A program made the position numbers and the translations under genes. From positions 1,156-65,155 of IMG/VR virus record IMGVR_UViG_3300049191_000067: a DNA stretch of 64,000 nucleotides, one strand, 5' to 3'. The notes beneath the pieces are model-generated. The model worked only from the letters and a program-made list of their open reading frames with translations, had not been told where the DNA came from and did no database searches. Positions within the stretch are counted from its first letter, which is position 1. Each line of letters begins with the position of its first letter. Below, piece after piece: positions 18,886 to 28,012 of the stretch. Source of the stretch: a virus (Duplodnaviria > Caudoviricetes).

Positions 18886-20063
18886 TGCGGATTGGGGCTG
18901 GAGGTCGCGGGTGAGGCCTTGGGCGGCCAGAAGTGGTCGAACTCGGCGATCTGCTCCGGCGTAAACGGCTCAAGGTCTTCCAGTGCACGGGCCTCAGACG
19001 GGGCGATCTGACGGGATTCGATCTTGAGGCGCAGCATCTCCGCCCTAGTCTTCGGGTCCATCCGAAGCAGCGCATCGGAGTTAAGCTTCACGTAGCGCGG
19101 TTTGGGCGTGAGTTTCCCCAACGCTGTTTCGCGTCGGAGCACAGCAGGTCCGATGTGCATGATGAGCAGCTGCAGGTTCCGCTCGGTGATCGACGCATAG
19201 GTGATGTGGCCGGAGCGCACCACCGCGTCGATCAGATCCCCTGGACAGTCGAAGAACCGGGCGATGTCTCCTATGCCGTACTGCTTGGCTTCCAGGAACG
19301 ATGATCCGGCCGCCTCGGACTGCAAAAGGTTCAGTTCCCAGTCCGAGCCGGATACGAACAGTCCGCCCTGCTGCACCGAGGCGGTGTAGCGATCCTTGAC
19401 GTTCTGCGCCTGGTCGCTGGTGAGCGTCTTAGCGGTGTTCTTCAGATGCTGGGCCGGCACGCCGCCGTTGCCGAACCAGTCCAACGCGAAGTCCTGAATG
19501 GACAGATACTCACTGATCGACCACGCGGCGTACGCCACCGGTGAAAGGCCGATCGGAAGGCCGGACACGGTGTACTGCTTCTCGTGCCAGACCTCGTCCG
19601 GGTAGTACAGCTTCCCGCAGATCCGCCACTGCCAACCGTCCGGCGTGCGCTCCGTCTGCTTCGCGGGAACCACGGCGCAGTCGCTGATGGGCTGCAGGTC
19701 GATGCGAGCCGGCAGTCCGCTCGCGTGTACTTCCGTGATCAGGCCCACGCCGTTCCCGGCCCGGTCCAAGTCGACCTGGCTTGAGTACAGCCACTCCTGC
19801 GTATCGACCCGCGGTCCCCCCGGCAACACAAGCACCGGAGGTTTCGGAACCTCAACCCGGTGGCCAAGCACGTTGCGATACACGTCGACCGGCATCGTCG
19901 ATATGAGGTTCGCCCGCAACCGCAGGCACGCCCACACCGCCGAGTGCCGCAACGCCGTGTCGTTCGTGACTGCGGCACGACCCGAAGTCGCGCCGATCCG
20001 CCGGATGTAGTCCTCGGCAGTCATTCCCTGGAACGACCGCCACTGTCGGCCGAACAGGCTCAC
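18882..20063 (-). CDS. Portal protein (HK97 family)
   Basis: ALRHSAVWACLRLRA; GLSPVAYAA; FLEAKQY...IARFF; PSEARALEDL. Confidence 0.92.
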   Translation of the reverse strand: MSLFGRQWRSFQGMTAEDYIRRIGATSGRAAVTNDTALRHSAVWACLRLRANLISTMPVDVYRNVLGHRVEVPKPPVLVLPGGPRVDTQEWLYSSQVDLDRAGNGVGLITEVHASGLPARIDLQPISDCAVVPAKQTERTPDGWQWRICGKLYYPDEVWHEKQYTVSGLPIGLSPVAYAAWSISEYLSIQDFALDWFGNGGVPAQHLKNTAKTLTSDQAQNVKDRYTASVQQGGLFVSGSDWELNLLQSEAAGSSFLEAKQYGIGDIARFFDCPGDLIDAVVRSGHITYASITERNLQLLIMHIGPAVLRRETALGKLTPKPRYVKLNSDALLRMDPKTRAEMLRLKIESRQIAPSEARALEDLEPFTPEQIAEFDHFWPPKASPATSSPNPQ

Positions 20064-20260
20064 GGTGAACCCTTGCGGAACCTCGCCAGGAACCGGCCCG
20101 TGCCTCCGTCAATAACCCGCACGCCGAGAAACACCACGCCACCTCCGCATGCGATAGACCAGCCCGCGATCAGCGGCCAGAGGCCACACAGGACACCAGC
20201 GGCCAGAAGGAGCAGGGCCAAGGCGTCAAGGGCGGTCGTGACGTGTTCCTCAACGCCCAT
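20060..20260 (-). CDS. Small 2-TM protein between terminase and portal
   Basis: Hydrophobic 66 aa ORF; TGATG overlap. Confidence 0.6.
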   Translation of the reverse strand: MGVEEHVTTALDALALLLLAAGVLCGLWPLIAGWSIACGGGVVFLGVRVIDGGTGRFLARFRKGSP

Positions 20261-21777
20261 CAGTACACGGACTCCATCACGTCGTAGTCGTTGGTCACCA
20301 GATGTGCCCACGCCTGGTAGAGCCATTTCGCAACGGTCACCGAGTTCAGCGGGGTGATATCCCCGCCCGAGTCCTTCCGGGACCAGGTGATCGAGTCGGT
20401 TCCCTCGCGGGCCATCGCCGACGCGACCGCCGCGTTGAGTTCACGCTGGCCGATGTGCCGGGCTCGGTAATCCAGCGCTCCATCGGTGCCGGCAATCGGC
20501 CGGCAGACGGTGAGCATCTGGCCGGTCGCAGCCGACATATCCGCACCAGCGACCACCGCGACGTTGCCGCGGGCGGGCTCCTCCGGCTTCTCGGGCCGCA
20601 AGAACTTCTGCTTCGTCAGTTCGGCCTCAAGGGCTGCGTAGGTGTTGCGGCCCATCGCGTACCCGACCGGGTTCAGAATCTCCCGCAGCTCTACCAGCCG
20701 GTCCGGTACCCAGTCGATCCCAGGCCGGCAGTCCATCAACTGCATGTGCTCACGACCATCGGCACGAATCCCGAACAGGGCGATCGACGCCGCGGCCTGC
20801 TGCGGGTTGAGATCCACACCGATCGTGACGTCGCCCTCGCGCCGAGATTCCACATCGGTCATCTGATGCCATGCAGCGGCATCGATATCGCCGCCAGTCA
20901 GTGGCGGGTCCTCATGCCACCCCAGACGTTCCCGGCCGAACTCCTGTACGGGCAGCGCGCGCCGCTCGGCCCGCAGGTACTCCCACGTGATCCGATCCCC
21001 AGCGGTGTGATTCGCCTGCCCGATCAGCGCCTCATTGTCGAACGCGCAGCTCGGCGATCCCACGGTGTGCTGGCAGACCCTGCCCAGTTCGCATGGGGGC
21101 TCTTTCCATGACCCGGGAGCACAGAACTCGATCCAGATCAGCGACAGATCGCCGCCCTTGCGCCCCCGGTCCTTCAGTCGATGTAGCTGGTCGGAGGTCT
21201 GCAGTGCCGCGCTCGAGCCGTAGTTCACTTGCGGATCGGGCCTGGCCGAGAGGGTCGGCATCAGTGCGCCCATCGCCGCAGCCTGCAAGAACAGGGCCTC
21301 GTCCATGACGACCCGCTTGCCGCCTAGGCCACGACCGCCGCCAGAGGAGCGGGCCAAGAACTCAAGCAGCGCGCCGCTGTGGAGCTCGATGGACTCCTCG
21401 CCGTGCGAATACGAGATCCTCTTGACCCGTTTCGACAGTTCCGGTGCGGTCTCGATGCAGGTGCAGAAGTCGCTGAACGCATCCCGAGCGGTCCGGAAGA
21501 TGTGGGCCGTCCACACGATCCGGTCCGGCGGAAGGAGGAACAGGTCGAAAAGCGTCACCGGGAGCAGCACGCCGCCGGTCTTGCCGTTCTGTCGCGGCTC
21601 GACGATCCCGGACTCAAGGGCAACCCATCGACCGCCGGGACCGTAGGAAAGCATCGCGTCGACCGCGAGGCACTGCTCCTCATCAAGCTCGCGGCCGGCC
21701 ATGCGAGCGATGTCGATGGCCTCGTCGCCGTACGACCCGACCCTGGGCGGGACCCAGAAGTACGCGGGCTCGATCAC
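20260..21777 (-). CDS. terL: Terminase large subunit
   Basis: Walker A PRQNGKT, Walker B VVMDEA, FGRERLG, C-terminal DITPL. Confidence 0.92.
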   Translation of the reverse strand: MIEPAYFWVPPRVGSYGDEAIDIARMAGRELDEEQCLAVDAMLSYGPGGRWVALESGIVEPRQNGKTGGVLLPVTLFDLFLLPPDRIVWTAHIFRTARDAFSDFCTCIETAPELSKRVKRISYSHGEESIELHSGALLEFLARSSGGGRGLGGKRVVMDEALFLQAAAMGALMPTLSARPDPQVNYGSSAALQTSDQLHRLKDRGRKGGDLSLIWIEFCAPGSWKEPPCELGRVCQHTVGSPSCAFDNEALIGQANHTAGDRITWEYLRAERRALPVQEFGRERLGWHEDPPLTGGDIDAAAWHQMTDVESRREGDVTIGVDLNPQQAAASIALFGIRADGREHMQLMDCRPGIDWVPDRLVELREILNPVGYAMGRNTYAALEAELTKQKFLRPEKPEEPARGNVAVVAGADMSAATGQMLTVCRPIAGTDGALDYRARHIGQRELNAAVASAMAREGTDSITWSRKDSGGDITPLNSVTVAKWLYQAWAHLVTNDYDVMESVY

Positions 21778-21849
21778 GGGGGCGCCTCCGGCCTTAAGTT
21801 ACCGGCCGGTATGAGTGCGACCAGCGCGTTTGCCGAAGGATCGATCTTG

Positions 21850-22287
21850 CTAGGCGCCTGTCGCTTTGCGCGTGCGTCGTGCCGACAGCTCGTCCAGAGC
21901 GTCGGCATGCCGGTTCGCGCCACGTAGCGCGACCTCCATTGCGGCCCGCAACTCCCGGGACAGCGCGGCGGCGCCTGCAGCGGTGTGCTGCCCGTTCGCG
22001 AACAGTGAAGCGAGGAGCATCACGTGCGCCCCGTCCGGCGTATTCAGCCGGTCCGCAGCCCTCAACTGCTCCTGGTACACCCGCTCGAGCCCGTCGGACG
22101 GCTGGTGTTCCGCCGAGGACTCGATGATTGGCACGACTGTCGGCTTCATCGGATCGGGAAGCGTGATGATGCGCGGGTTCTTGCGGTTTCGGGGCGGCCG
22201 ACAGGTCACGCAGAACTTTCGCGGGCGCGCCGAGCCTTGCTGAGGCGGGATGGTCGCCCCGCAGTCGGGGGTTTCGCAGACGCGCAT
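21850..22287 (-). CDS. Probable terminase small subunit with N-terminal Cys motif
   Basis: Position; ELRAAMEVAL...DALDELSARR. Confidence 0.65.
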   Translation of the reverse strand: MRVCETPDCGATIPPQQGSARPRKFCVTCRPPRNRKNPRIITLPDPMKPTVVPIIESSAEHQPSDGLERVYQEQLRAADRLNTPDGAHVMLLASLFANGQHTAAGAAALSRELRAAMEVALRGANRHADALDELSARRTRKATGA

Positions 22288-22296
22288 GTCGCCTCC

Positions 22297-22890
22297 CTAC
22301 CCGATCAGGGCGAGTTGCTCCCCGCCTCCAGCGGCTCCCTTGATGCCATTGCACCGGTAGTGCGCCAGTTGGACGTTCACTCGGAGGTCACTGCCGCCGC
22401 GAGCCAGCGGCACGACGTGATCTACCACGGGTGCGTGTGGATGCGGGACGCGTTTGGTCATCTCGACCCTCACTCGACAGAGTCCGCACCGGTAGCCGTC
22501 ACGCGCTGCGATCTCGGCCAGTGAGTACGGCTCTGTCCCGGCGCTCCGCTTCTGCGCGCGGCGCCGACGGTTCTTGCGCTGCCACCGCTCCCGCTCTGCA
22601 GCAGCACGCGCCTCGGGCGTTTCGTGAACTAGGAAGCCTCTGCCCTCGGCGTTCCTGAGCTTCTGGCCGCACGAGAACGAGCATGTCCGATGCGCCTTGC
22701 CTGAGGTGGGCCTGAAGCAGGCCCGGCACCATTCGCATACCCGTTCCGGCCGGATTCGACCCGGCGGACTGGCAGCCCTTCGCGCCGCGCGACAAGCACG
22801 GCAGCGGCGCTCGCCTGCAGGTAGCGAGGTGGTTCCCGACCAGAGCAGCGCGCCGCATCCAGCGCACGGGCAGTCCGGTCGTCGCGGCAT
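22297..22890 (-). CDS. HNH endonuclease
   Basis: RDGYRCGLC...VDHVVPLARGGSD...NVQLAHYRCN. Confidence 0.9.
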   Translation of the reverse strand: MPRRPDCPCAGCGALLWSGTTSLPAGERRCRACRAARRAASPPGRIRPERVCEWCRACFRPTSGKAHRTCSFSCGQKLRNAEGRGFLVHETPEARAAAERERWQRKNRRRRAQKRSAGTEPYSLAEIAARDGYRCGLCRVRVEMTKRVPHPHAPVVDHVVPLARGGSDLRVNVQLAHYRCNGIKGAAGGGEQLALIG

Positions 22891-22899
22891 CGTGCGGCC

Positions 22900-23045
22900 A
22901 CCCCCCTTTTTCCAGGCCGAGAGGCGGCTTAAATACCCGACGGAGAGGGTTATTCGAGAGACGTGGGAGCGAGGTCAACCGATGTGGATCTTAAAAGATC
23001 ATCACTAACACCGTCATTTGATCTTCAGTGATCCACTTCTCACCG
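22900..23045. other. Lower-GC intergenic region, candidate packaging (cos/pac) region
   Basis: Non-coding gap upstream of HNH-terminase operon; four phased GATC sites. Confidence 0.4.
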
Positions 23046-23048
23046 AGT

Positions 23049-23537
23049 TCACACCGCCCTTGGGTCCACCACAAGCCGGTGCTGCTCGACGCTCACCCAC
23101 TCAGGGTCCAACGTCGCTGGATTCAAGTCGTTCGGCCAAGGGCTGTACCGGTGGTACCAGACCCCGATGGCCCTCCTGGTACCCGAGGGGCGCTGGGCCT
23201 CGACAGCGGGGCGCTTGCACTCCGTCTCGCCTGGGTTGAGCAGGTAGGCCTGGGCGTGCCACTGCTGGGCTAGCCTGGCCCGCTGCGCTGGTCGTGGTGC
23301 TGTCCTGATGACCCACGCGGTGCCGTCCCTAGGGGTAGCGAGGGCGTGAGCTACGGCTGTCTGCATGTGCTGCTCGGCCATGGTGCGGTAGGGCTCGGGG
23401 TGTTGCCACCAGACGGGTGAGCCTAGGGCTCTGGCCATGTCGTCGTAGTCCAGCACCACGTCCGCGGGCTGGGCTAGGTGGTGGGCCAGGGTGGTCTTGC
23501 CGGAGCAGGGCGGGCCGCACAGTAGGACGATGCGCAT
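23049..23537 (-). CDS. P-loop AAA/kinase-family protein
   Basis: LLCGPPCSGKTT; LDYDD. Confidence 0.8.
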   Translation of the reverse strand: MRIVLLCGPPCSGKTTLAHHLAQPADVVLDYDDMARALGSPVWWQHPEPYRTMAEQHMQTAVAHALATPRDGTAWVIRTAPRPAQRARLAQQWHAQAYLLNPGETECKRPAVEAQRPSGTRRAIGVWYHRYSPWPNDLNPATLDPEWVSVEQHRLVVDPRAV

Positions 23538-23551
23538 GCCCAGCCTCCGTC

Positions 23552-23989
23552 TTAGCCTCCCAGTGTCAGCTCCACCTGGTCGCTATCCGTGGTGACCTTG
23601 CCCCGGTGTGACACCTCGACCTGGTAGAACTCGGAGTGCGGTGCTGTCACGGTGAACGCGAACCAGCAGGTGTTGGACCGCTCGGTGTCGTCGGTGGGTT
23701 TCCAGCCGCGGTCATCGCCGCGGCTGAGTTGCCCGGTTGCGATAATCGCACCCTTGCCGTCGTACACCGTGACCGGGGCGCCTTCGGTGATGTCCGAATA
23801 CCCGCCCTGCCCCATGCACAGCCCCGCGCCGTCGTGCAGCGTCTTGCCGTGCAGCGTCAGGGTGCCGCGGAGGTCCACCTTCGCCGGGCTGGCTGCGGTG
23901 CTAGGCCACAGCAGCAGGGCCGCGCCGCTGCCGATGATGGCGAGCGCGACGAGTCCGGCGATGAGTTGGGTCCGACTGATTGTGATCAC
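23552..23989 (-). CDS. Single-TM exported protein (moron-like)
   Basis: GTG start after GGAGG; TM segment then GGYSDITEGAPVTVYDG. Confidence 0.65.
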   Translation of the reverse strand: MITISRTQLIAGLVALAIIGSGAALLLWPSTAASPAKVDLRGTLTLHGKTLHDGAGLCMGQGGYSDITEGAPVTVYDGKGAIIATGQLSRGDDRGWKPTDDTERSNTCWFAFTVTAPHSEFYQVEVSHRGKVTTDSDQVELTLGG

Positions 23990-24107
23990 TATCCGCCTCC
24001 GCTCGATGCTCCCCTGTATGCATCGCTGTGCGGATGGTAGACGTGTTGGGCTAGCGGATGGTTGCCGTCTCATCGCCGGTGTAGCCGACCGCATCGAACT
24101 CGACACG

Positions 24108-24464
24108 CTATACGAGGCCGGCGTCTACGACTAGCGAGCTGCGCTTCCTCGGCTCGAGCGCCGTACATGGCAGGCCGAGGGAGCAGGCGCAGTCCTCCGC
24201 TGCCAACCCGCGCAGAGTGTTGCTGCGGGCCGTGTTGCAGCGGATGTGCGCCAGGCGGCAGTTGGCTCGCGAGTTCCCCGGTCCGCCGTGCTGGAGCTGG
24301 ATCAAGTGGTCAGCGGACCGGGACCACGGCGTCCCGGGCGGGAGGGTCTGGTCCACCCAGTCCGAGCAGAGCCAGCAGTGGGTCTCCTCGCGGAACACGA
24401 CGGCCTGGATGGTGCGCCACGGCCTCCCCACTCGTCCGGCGGTTTGGCCTCGGCAGCGGCTCAC
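24108..24464 (-). CDS. HNH endonuclease
   Basis: CWLC...ADHLIQLQHGG...NCRLAHIRCN. Confidence 0.85.
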   Translation of the reverse strand: MSRCRGQTAGRVGRPWRTIQAVVFREETHCWLCSDWVDQTLPPGTPWSRSADHLIQLQHGGPGNSRANCRLAHIRCNTARSNTLRGLAAEDCACSLGLPCTALEPRKRSSLVVDAGLV

Positions 24465-24670
24465 GGGTCGGCCATGACGCGCGGTCCCGGGAAGGGTGGA
24501 CGGCCAGGCGTGTGTTTCGCGCACACCAGCAGTACCGCTTCGTGAGCCTCAGAGTCCGGGTCGATCAACGGGACGTTGTGCACCCTCACCAGGTATGCGG
24601 TCGTGACGGGTGCGCCGCAGCAGCCGTCCTCTTGGTGAGTGCCAGCGGGCCAGCCGCAGGTCAGGGCCAT
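24461..24670 (-). CDS. Small Cys-rich hypothetical protein
   Basis: TGATG-coupled ORF MALTCGWP... Confidence 0.45.
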   Translation of the reverse strand: MALTCGWPAGTHQEDGCCGAPVTTAYLVRVHNVPLIDPDSEAHEAVLLVCAKHTPGRPPFPGPRVMADP

Positions 24671-24888
24671 CAGACCGTGGCGTATCCGGGAGTCATCTCG
24701 CACCCACATCCCACCGTCGGGCGGATCACCACCATGGAAGCGGTGATGGTCCAGTGGGGGCAGTACCAGCACGGTGCGCCCGCCCACTCGTCGACGGAGC
24801 GGGAGACCGCCAGCGTGCCGCGGTTAAAGGCTGCCTCGATGTCGGCGACGGGTTCGTCGTCCTCGTAGAAGTCGCCGGGCTGGATCAT
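24670..24888 (-). CDS. Small hypothetical protein
   Basis: 72 aa; ATGA overlap. Confidence 0.55.
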   Translation of the reverse strand: MIQPGDFYEDDEPVADIEAAFNRGTLAVSRSVDEWAGAPCWYCPHWTITASMVVIRPTVGCGCEMTPGYATV

Positions 24889-25442
24889 GCGGTCGCCAAG
24901 TTTCGGCGGACCTCATCGAGATAGCGCCAGCGATCCCGGCAATGGCGGGCGTCTGCCAGGGCGTTGTGGTATCCCGAGTCCTGCTCAGGCAACATCTTGG
25001 TGACGCTGAGTCGTCGGGCTTCCTGCTGGATGTCGTGGGTGAACATCGGCATGCCCTCGGGCAGGTCGATCATCGTCCCCCACAACTGGCAGAGGACCAC
25101 GTGGTCGTAGGCGCCGTAGTCGGCCCACAGTTCGATCTGGGCCAGCGGGTGCGGGTTGATGAACGACACCACCGCCGAGGCGATGTGGTCCTTCGGCTTG
25201 ACCAGCGGGTCGGCGAAGTCCACCAGCCACGACTTCGGCATGTGCAGCCGCCGGTCCCCGTGTCCGTGAGGCAGCGAGGGAACGACGTTCTCCATCAGCC
25301 ACGGTTGCTTCTTGATCCGCTTCCAGGGCGCGTCCTTGTTGACGGCGTAGTACTCGCGGCCGTCCTCGGCGACGATCCCGATCGAGATCAGCTCGATGGT
25401 CTTCCCGTCCTCGAGGAACTCGGTGTCGTACCAGAACCTCAC
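24885..25442 (-). CDS. DEDD 3'-5' exoribonuclease (RNase AS/DUF5051-like)
   Basis: FWYDTEFLEDG...LISIGIV; AYDHVVLCQLWG; HNALADA. Confidence 0.85.
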   Translation of the reverse strand: MRFWYDTEFLEDGKTIELISIGIVAEDGREYYAVNKDAPWKRIKKQPWLMENVVPSLPHGHGDRRLHMPKSWLVDFADPLVKPKDHIASAVVSFINPHPLAQIELWADYGAYDHVVLCQLWGTMIDLPEGMPMFTHDIQQEARRLSVTKMLPEQDSGYHNALADARHCRDRWRYLDEVRRNLATA

Positions 25443-25458
25443 TACGCCTACTCCCCTG

Positions 25459-25638
25459 CTAGCTGGATCGATGGAGGTTCCCGGTGCTGCCGCCGTCGGC
25501 TTCGGGGTAGTGCCGGGACAGGACGTCGATCGCCGTGTCAACGGCTCCACCCTGGCCGGATGGCTCGCCGGGGACGTTCTCCATGATGAAGTCGGCGAGG
25601 CGCTCGATCTGGCTCTTCAATGACTCGGACATCATCAT
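25459..25638 (-). CDS. Small hypothetical protein (59 aa, not in track)
   Basis: Manual translation MMMSESLKSQIERLADFIMENVPGEP... Confidence 0.5.
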   Translation of the reverse strand: MMMSESLKSQIERLADFIMENVPGEPSGQGGAVDTAIDVLSRHYPEADGGSTGNLHRSS

Positions 25639-25665
25639 CCTCGGTTCTGGGGTGGTGTTCCTAAG

Positions 25666-25899
25666 TTAGGAGGACGGTGAGGAACACGCGGCCTCAGCCA
25701 TGGCGTCGTTCACCACGAAGACCTCGACGCCGCTCCCGAAGAACAGCACCTTGACGCCCTCCGGCAGGTTGTCCGTGAGGAGAGCGCGCAGGCGGTCCAT
25801 CTCTGCTTCGCTCGGCCGGCCAGGCAGCTTCACGCACAGGGTCTCGCCTGGCTTGACATCCAGTCGGCGGATGGACTCGACCTCGATGGTCTCGCTCAC
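25666..25899 (-). CDS. Hypothetical protein
   Basis: 77 aa; LDVKPGETLCV. Confidence 0.55.
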   Translation of the reverse strand: MSETIEVESIRRLDVKPGETLCVKLPGRPSEAEMDRLRALLTDNLPEGVKVLFFGSGVEVFVVNDAMAEAACSSPSS

Positions 25900-25924
25900 G
25901 TACTACTCCCTGCAGTAGCAACGG

Positions 25925-26242
25925 TCACCCTTTGAGGGAGCGGATCGCCTCGGCTATCCGTTCCAGATCCCTCAGGCAGCGGTTCAGCACTGTCTGATCG
26001 TGCGGCTTTGGTGCGGGCGGCCCCGGCTGCCCGAGCGTGACCCGTCCGAAGGCAAGCCACGCTGGGTCGACACCGAGGATCTCCGCGATCCGTTCCGCGT
26101 CCACTACGAGCGGGCGCTGCCGGTCCGCCTCCATGTTGGCGATTGACGACCGCGTCATGTCGATCTTCTTGGCGAGGTCGTCCTGAGTCAGGCCCGCAGC
26201 CTTGCGGCAGTGGCGCAGGCGGGACCCGTAGGTCTCGGTCAC
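25925..26242 (-). CDS. XRE-family HTH regulator
   Basis: GLTQDDLAKKIDMTRSSIANME. Confidence 0.85.
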   Translation of the reverse strand: MTETYGSRLRHCRKAAGLTQDDLAKKIDMTRSSIANMEADRQRPLVVDAERIAEILGVDPAWLAFGRVTLGQPGPPAPKPHDQTVLNRCLRDLERIAEAIRSLKG

Positions 26243-26514
26243 GCGTCGGCGCCGTAAGCCGCGTCCCGGGCACGGCGCAGGGCGCGGATGAGGCGGTTGA
26301 TGCCCTCGCGGTCCAGTGTGGCGAACCAGCCGGTCATCTCGTACTCGCCGGTGGTCTCCCCGCCCGCCAGGAACCGGAACGGGAACTTGCCGTCACCACC
26401 AACGAACGGCGCGGCGGCGTTGGTCGTGCCGATCTGCACGTCCTTGCCAGCGTCCCAGCCGACCACAACGCGCATGTCGTCGACGAGCGCGCAGTTGATG
26501 TTCTCCTTGGGCAT
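26239..26514 (-). CDS. Hypothetical protein
   Basis: ATGA-coupled ORF; LDREGINRLIRALRRARD. Confidence 0.6.
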   Translation of the reverse strand: MPKENINCALVDDMRVVVGWDAGKDVQIGTTNAAAPFVGGDGKFPFRFLAGGETTGEYEMTGWFATLDREGINRLIRALRRARDAAYGADA

Positions 26515-26557
26515 GATTCCTCCATCACGGATTCGGCCCATCACGGGCCCCTTTTTG

Positions 26558-26743
26558 TTACGAGAGAGCGACGCTCAGCAGCATGGACTGCAGCCGGGCA
26601 GCCAACGAAGCACGCCGCTGGCACCACACCTTGAACTCCCGGCGTGACCCACGGTCAAGGGCCCGGTCGATGCGGGCGTCGGTGTCCAAGAGCTGGATGT
26701 GGAGGCCGGCGATCTGGGCTGAGGGAGTGGCGGTTGCAAGCAT
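26558..26743 (-). CDS. Small helical protein with IDEAL-like motif
   Basis: RIDRALDRGSRREF. Confidence 0.45.
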   Translation of the reverse strand: MLATATPSAQIAGLHIQLLDTDARIDRALDRGSRREFKVWCQRRASLAARLQSMLLSVALS

Positions 26744-26788
26744 CGCACCCCCTGAAGTGGGGAAACTGGACCGTAGGCGAGCCGGCGG

Positions 26789-27286
26789 TCACGCCGGTCC
26801 GTGCAGGACACGGGTCAAATCGGCCGGGGTCACATCTCCCGACCACCGCCCGTCGTCGAACAGGTGCAACCCAGCGCGCACATACACCGCATCGATGAGC
26901 TGACTGCACAGCATGTGGCCGCTGTCGGCAATGAACCGGCGGAGGTGTGGAGCGGGGATGTGGAACCGGTGCAGCGCCAAGCTCAGGTAGTCCAGCCACG
27001 AGTACGGCGTCCCCACCAGAGTGCGTGCTGCGGCCACCAGATCGGCCCGCTGAGCGTCTGTCAGGTCCCAGTCCGAGTACACCGCGTTGGTGCCGTCGTA
27101 GTTGGACAGGGGAACGATGCGGGCACCGCCGGGTTCGGCCTCCAGGACCTCGCCGTTGTCCAGGACGAGGAAGGCGTGGTGGAAGTCGCTGAAGCCGTCG
27201 CCGAGGAGCCACTGGCCGAGGCGGACACCGAAGCCCGCGATGCCGGAGATGGAGACCAGGCCGAAGTCGCCGGGGAGCGGGGGCAT
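26789..27286 (-). CDS. Permuted papain-like (NlpC/P60 superfamily) enzyme
   Basis: PGDFGLV...HAFLV...EAEPGG...GTPYS...LCSQL; His precedes Cys. Confidence 0.7.
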   Translation of the reverse strand: MPPLPGDFGLVSISGIAGFGVRLGQWLLGDGFSDFHHAFLVLDNGEVLEAEPGGARIVPLSNYDGTNAVYSDWDLTDAQRADLVAAARTLVGTPYSWLDYLSLALHRFHIPAPHLRRFIADSGHMLCSQLIDAVYVRAGLHLFDDGRWSGDVTPADLTRVLHGPA

Positions 27287-27288
27287 CG

Positions 27289-27510
27289 TCAGTCGCCGTC
27301 CCAGCCGTGCTTGACGAGCCACGCCAAGTCGTCATCGGTCAGGCAGGCGAGCTTGCCGGCTCGATCGTCCCGGTTGGCGCAGTCCTGGTAGAGGCCTTGC
27401 ATCCAGCGGCATCGGCCGCCCCGCCGGCAGCGTCCGCAGCCACAATCAAGCAGCCGAGGGTCGAGCCACGTGAGGACGCCCACACCTGGCGGGCTCGGCA
27501 ACGGGGGCAT
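27289..27510 (-). CDS. Small Cys-rich hypothetical protein
   Basis: DCGCGRC motif. Confidence 0.45.
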   Translation of the reverse strand: MPPLPSPPGVGVLTWLDPRLLDCGCGRCRRGGRCRWMQGLYQDCANRDDRAGKLACLTDDDLAWLVKHGWDGD

Positions 27511-27531
27511 CGTTCACCCCCTGAGACGGGC

Positions 27532-27565
27532 GGACCCCGGAGCGGTTGGCGCCACTCCGGGGTCC
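27532..27565. terminator. Intergenic hairpin
   Basis: GGACCCCGGAG-N12-CTCCGGGGTCC. Confidence 0.55.
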
Positions 27566-27596
27566 TACTTGGGCACGCGGGCGAGGACGGGAGGGT

Positions 27597-27899
27597 CTAG
27601 GCGGACTGCCAGGCTCCGTGGGTCACGAAGCCGTGCAAGCCGCAATCAGGGCAGAGGATCGATGCGGTGATCGTGACCGGATCTAGCGAGTGGACGATGT
27701 GCCCGGGGGCCAGCGCTGGGGCGACGATCTTCACGAACTCGCCGTCCGGCTCCTGCGCGTCAGGCCATCGGGAGCAGACGTGCCGCACGCGGACACCGTG
27801 GGGGTTCCGCTCGTCCGGCTCGGTGAGCAGCAGCGTGACGTTGCCGCCCACGTCGAGAGCCTGCTTCACCGCTGTGTGGTCGTAGAGCTCGTGTTCCAT
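27597..27899 (-). CDS. Zn-binding hypothetical protein (DUF6527-like)
   Basis: TITASILCPDCGLHGFV. Confidence 0.55.
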   Translation of the reverse strand: MEHELYDHTAVKQALDVGGNVTLLLTEPDERNPHGVRVRHVCSRWPDAQEPDGEFVKIVAPALAPGHIVHSLDPVTITASILCPDCGLHGFVTHGAWQSA

Positions 27900-28012
27900 G
27901 GTGCCCGCCTTTTGTTGAGCACCCTCGTCCGGCGGCTAGACGACGAGAGTAGGCGGCCGGCGTAGCACACTCCGCCTGGTCCCCGATGGAACCGGCAGCA
28001 GACCTTCCGGCC

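Noticed and set aside
25639-25660. TCCTAA-G-TTAGGA palindrome
   Set aside because: Single short palindrome with no second copy found; could be chance.
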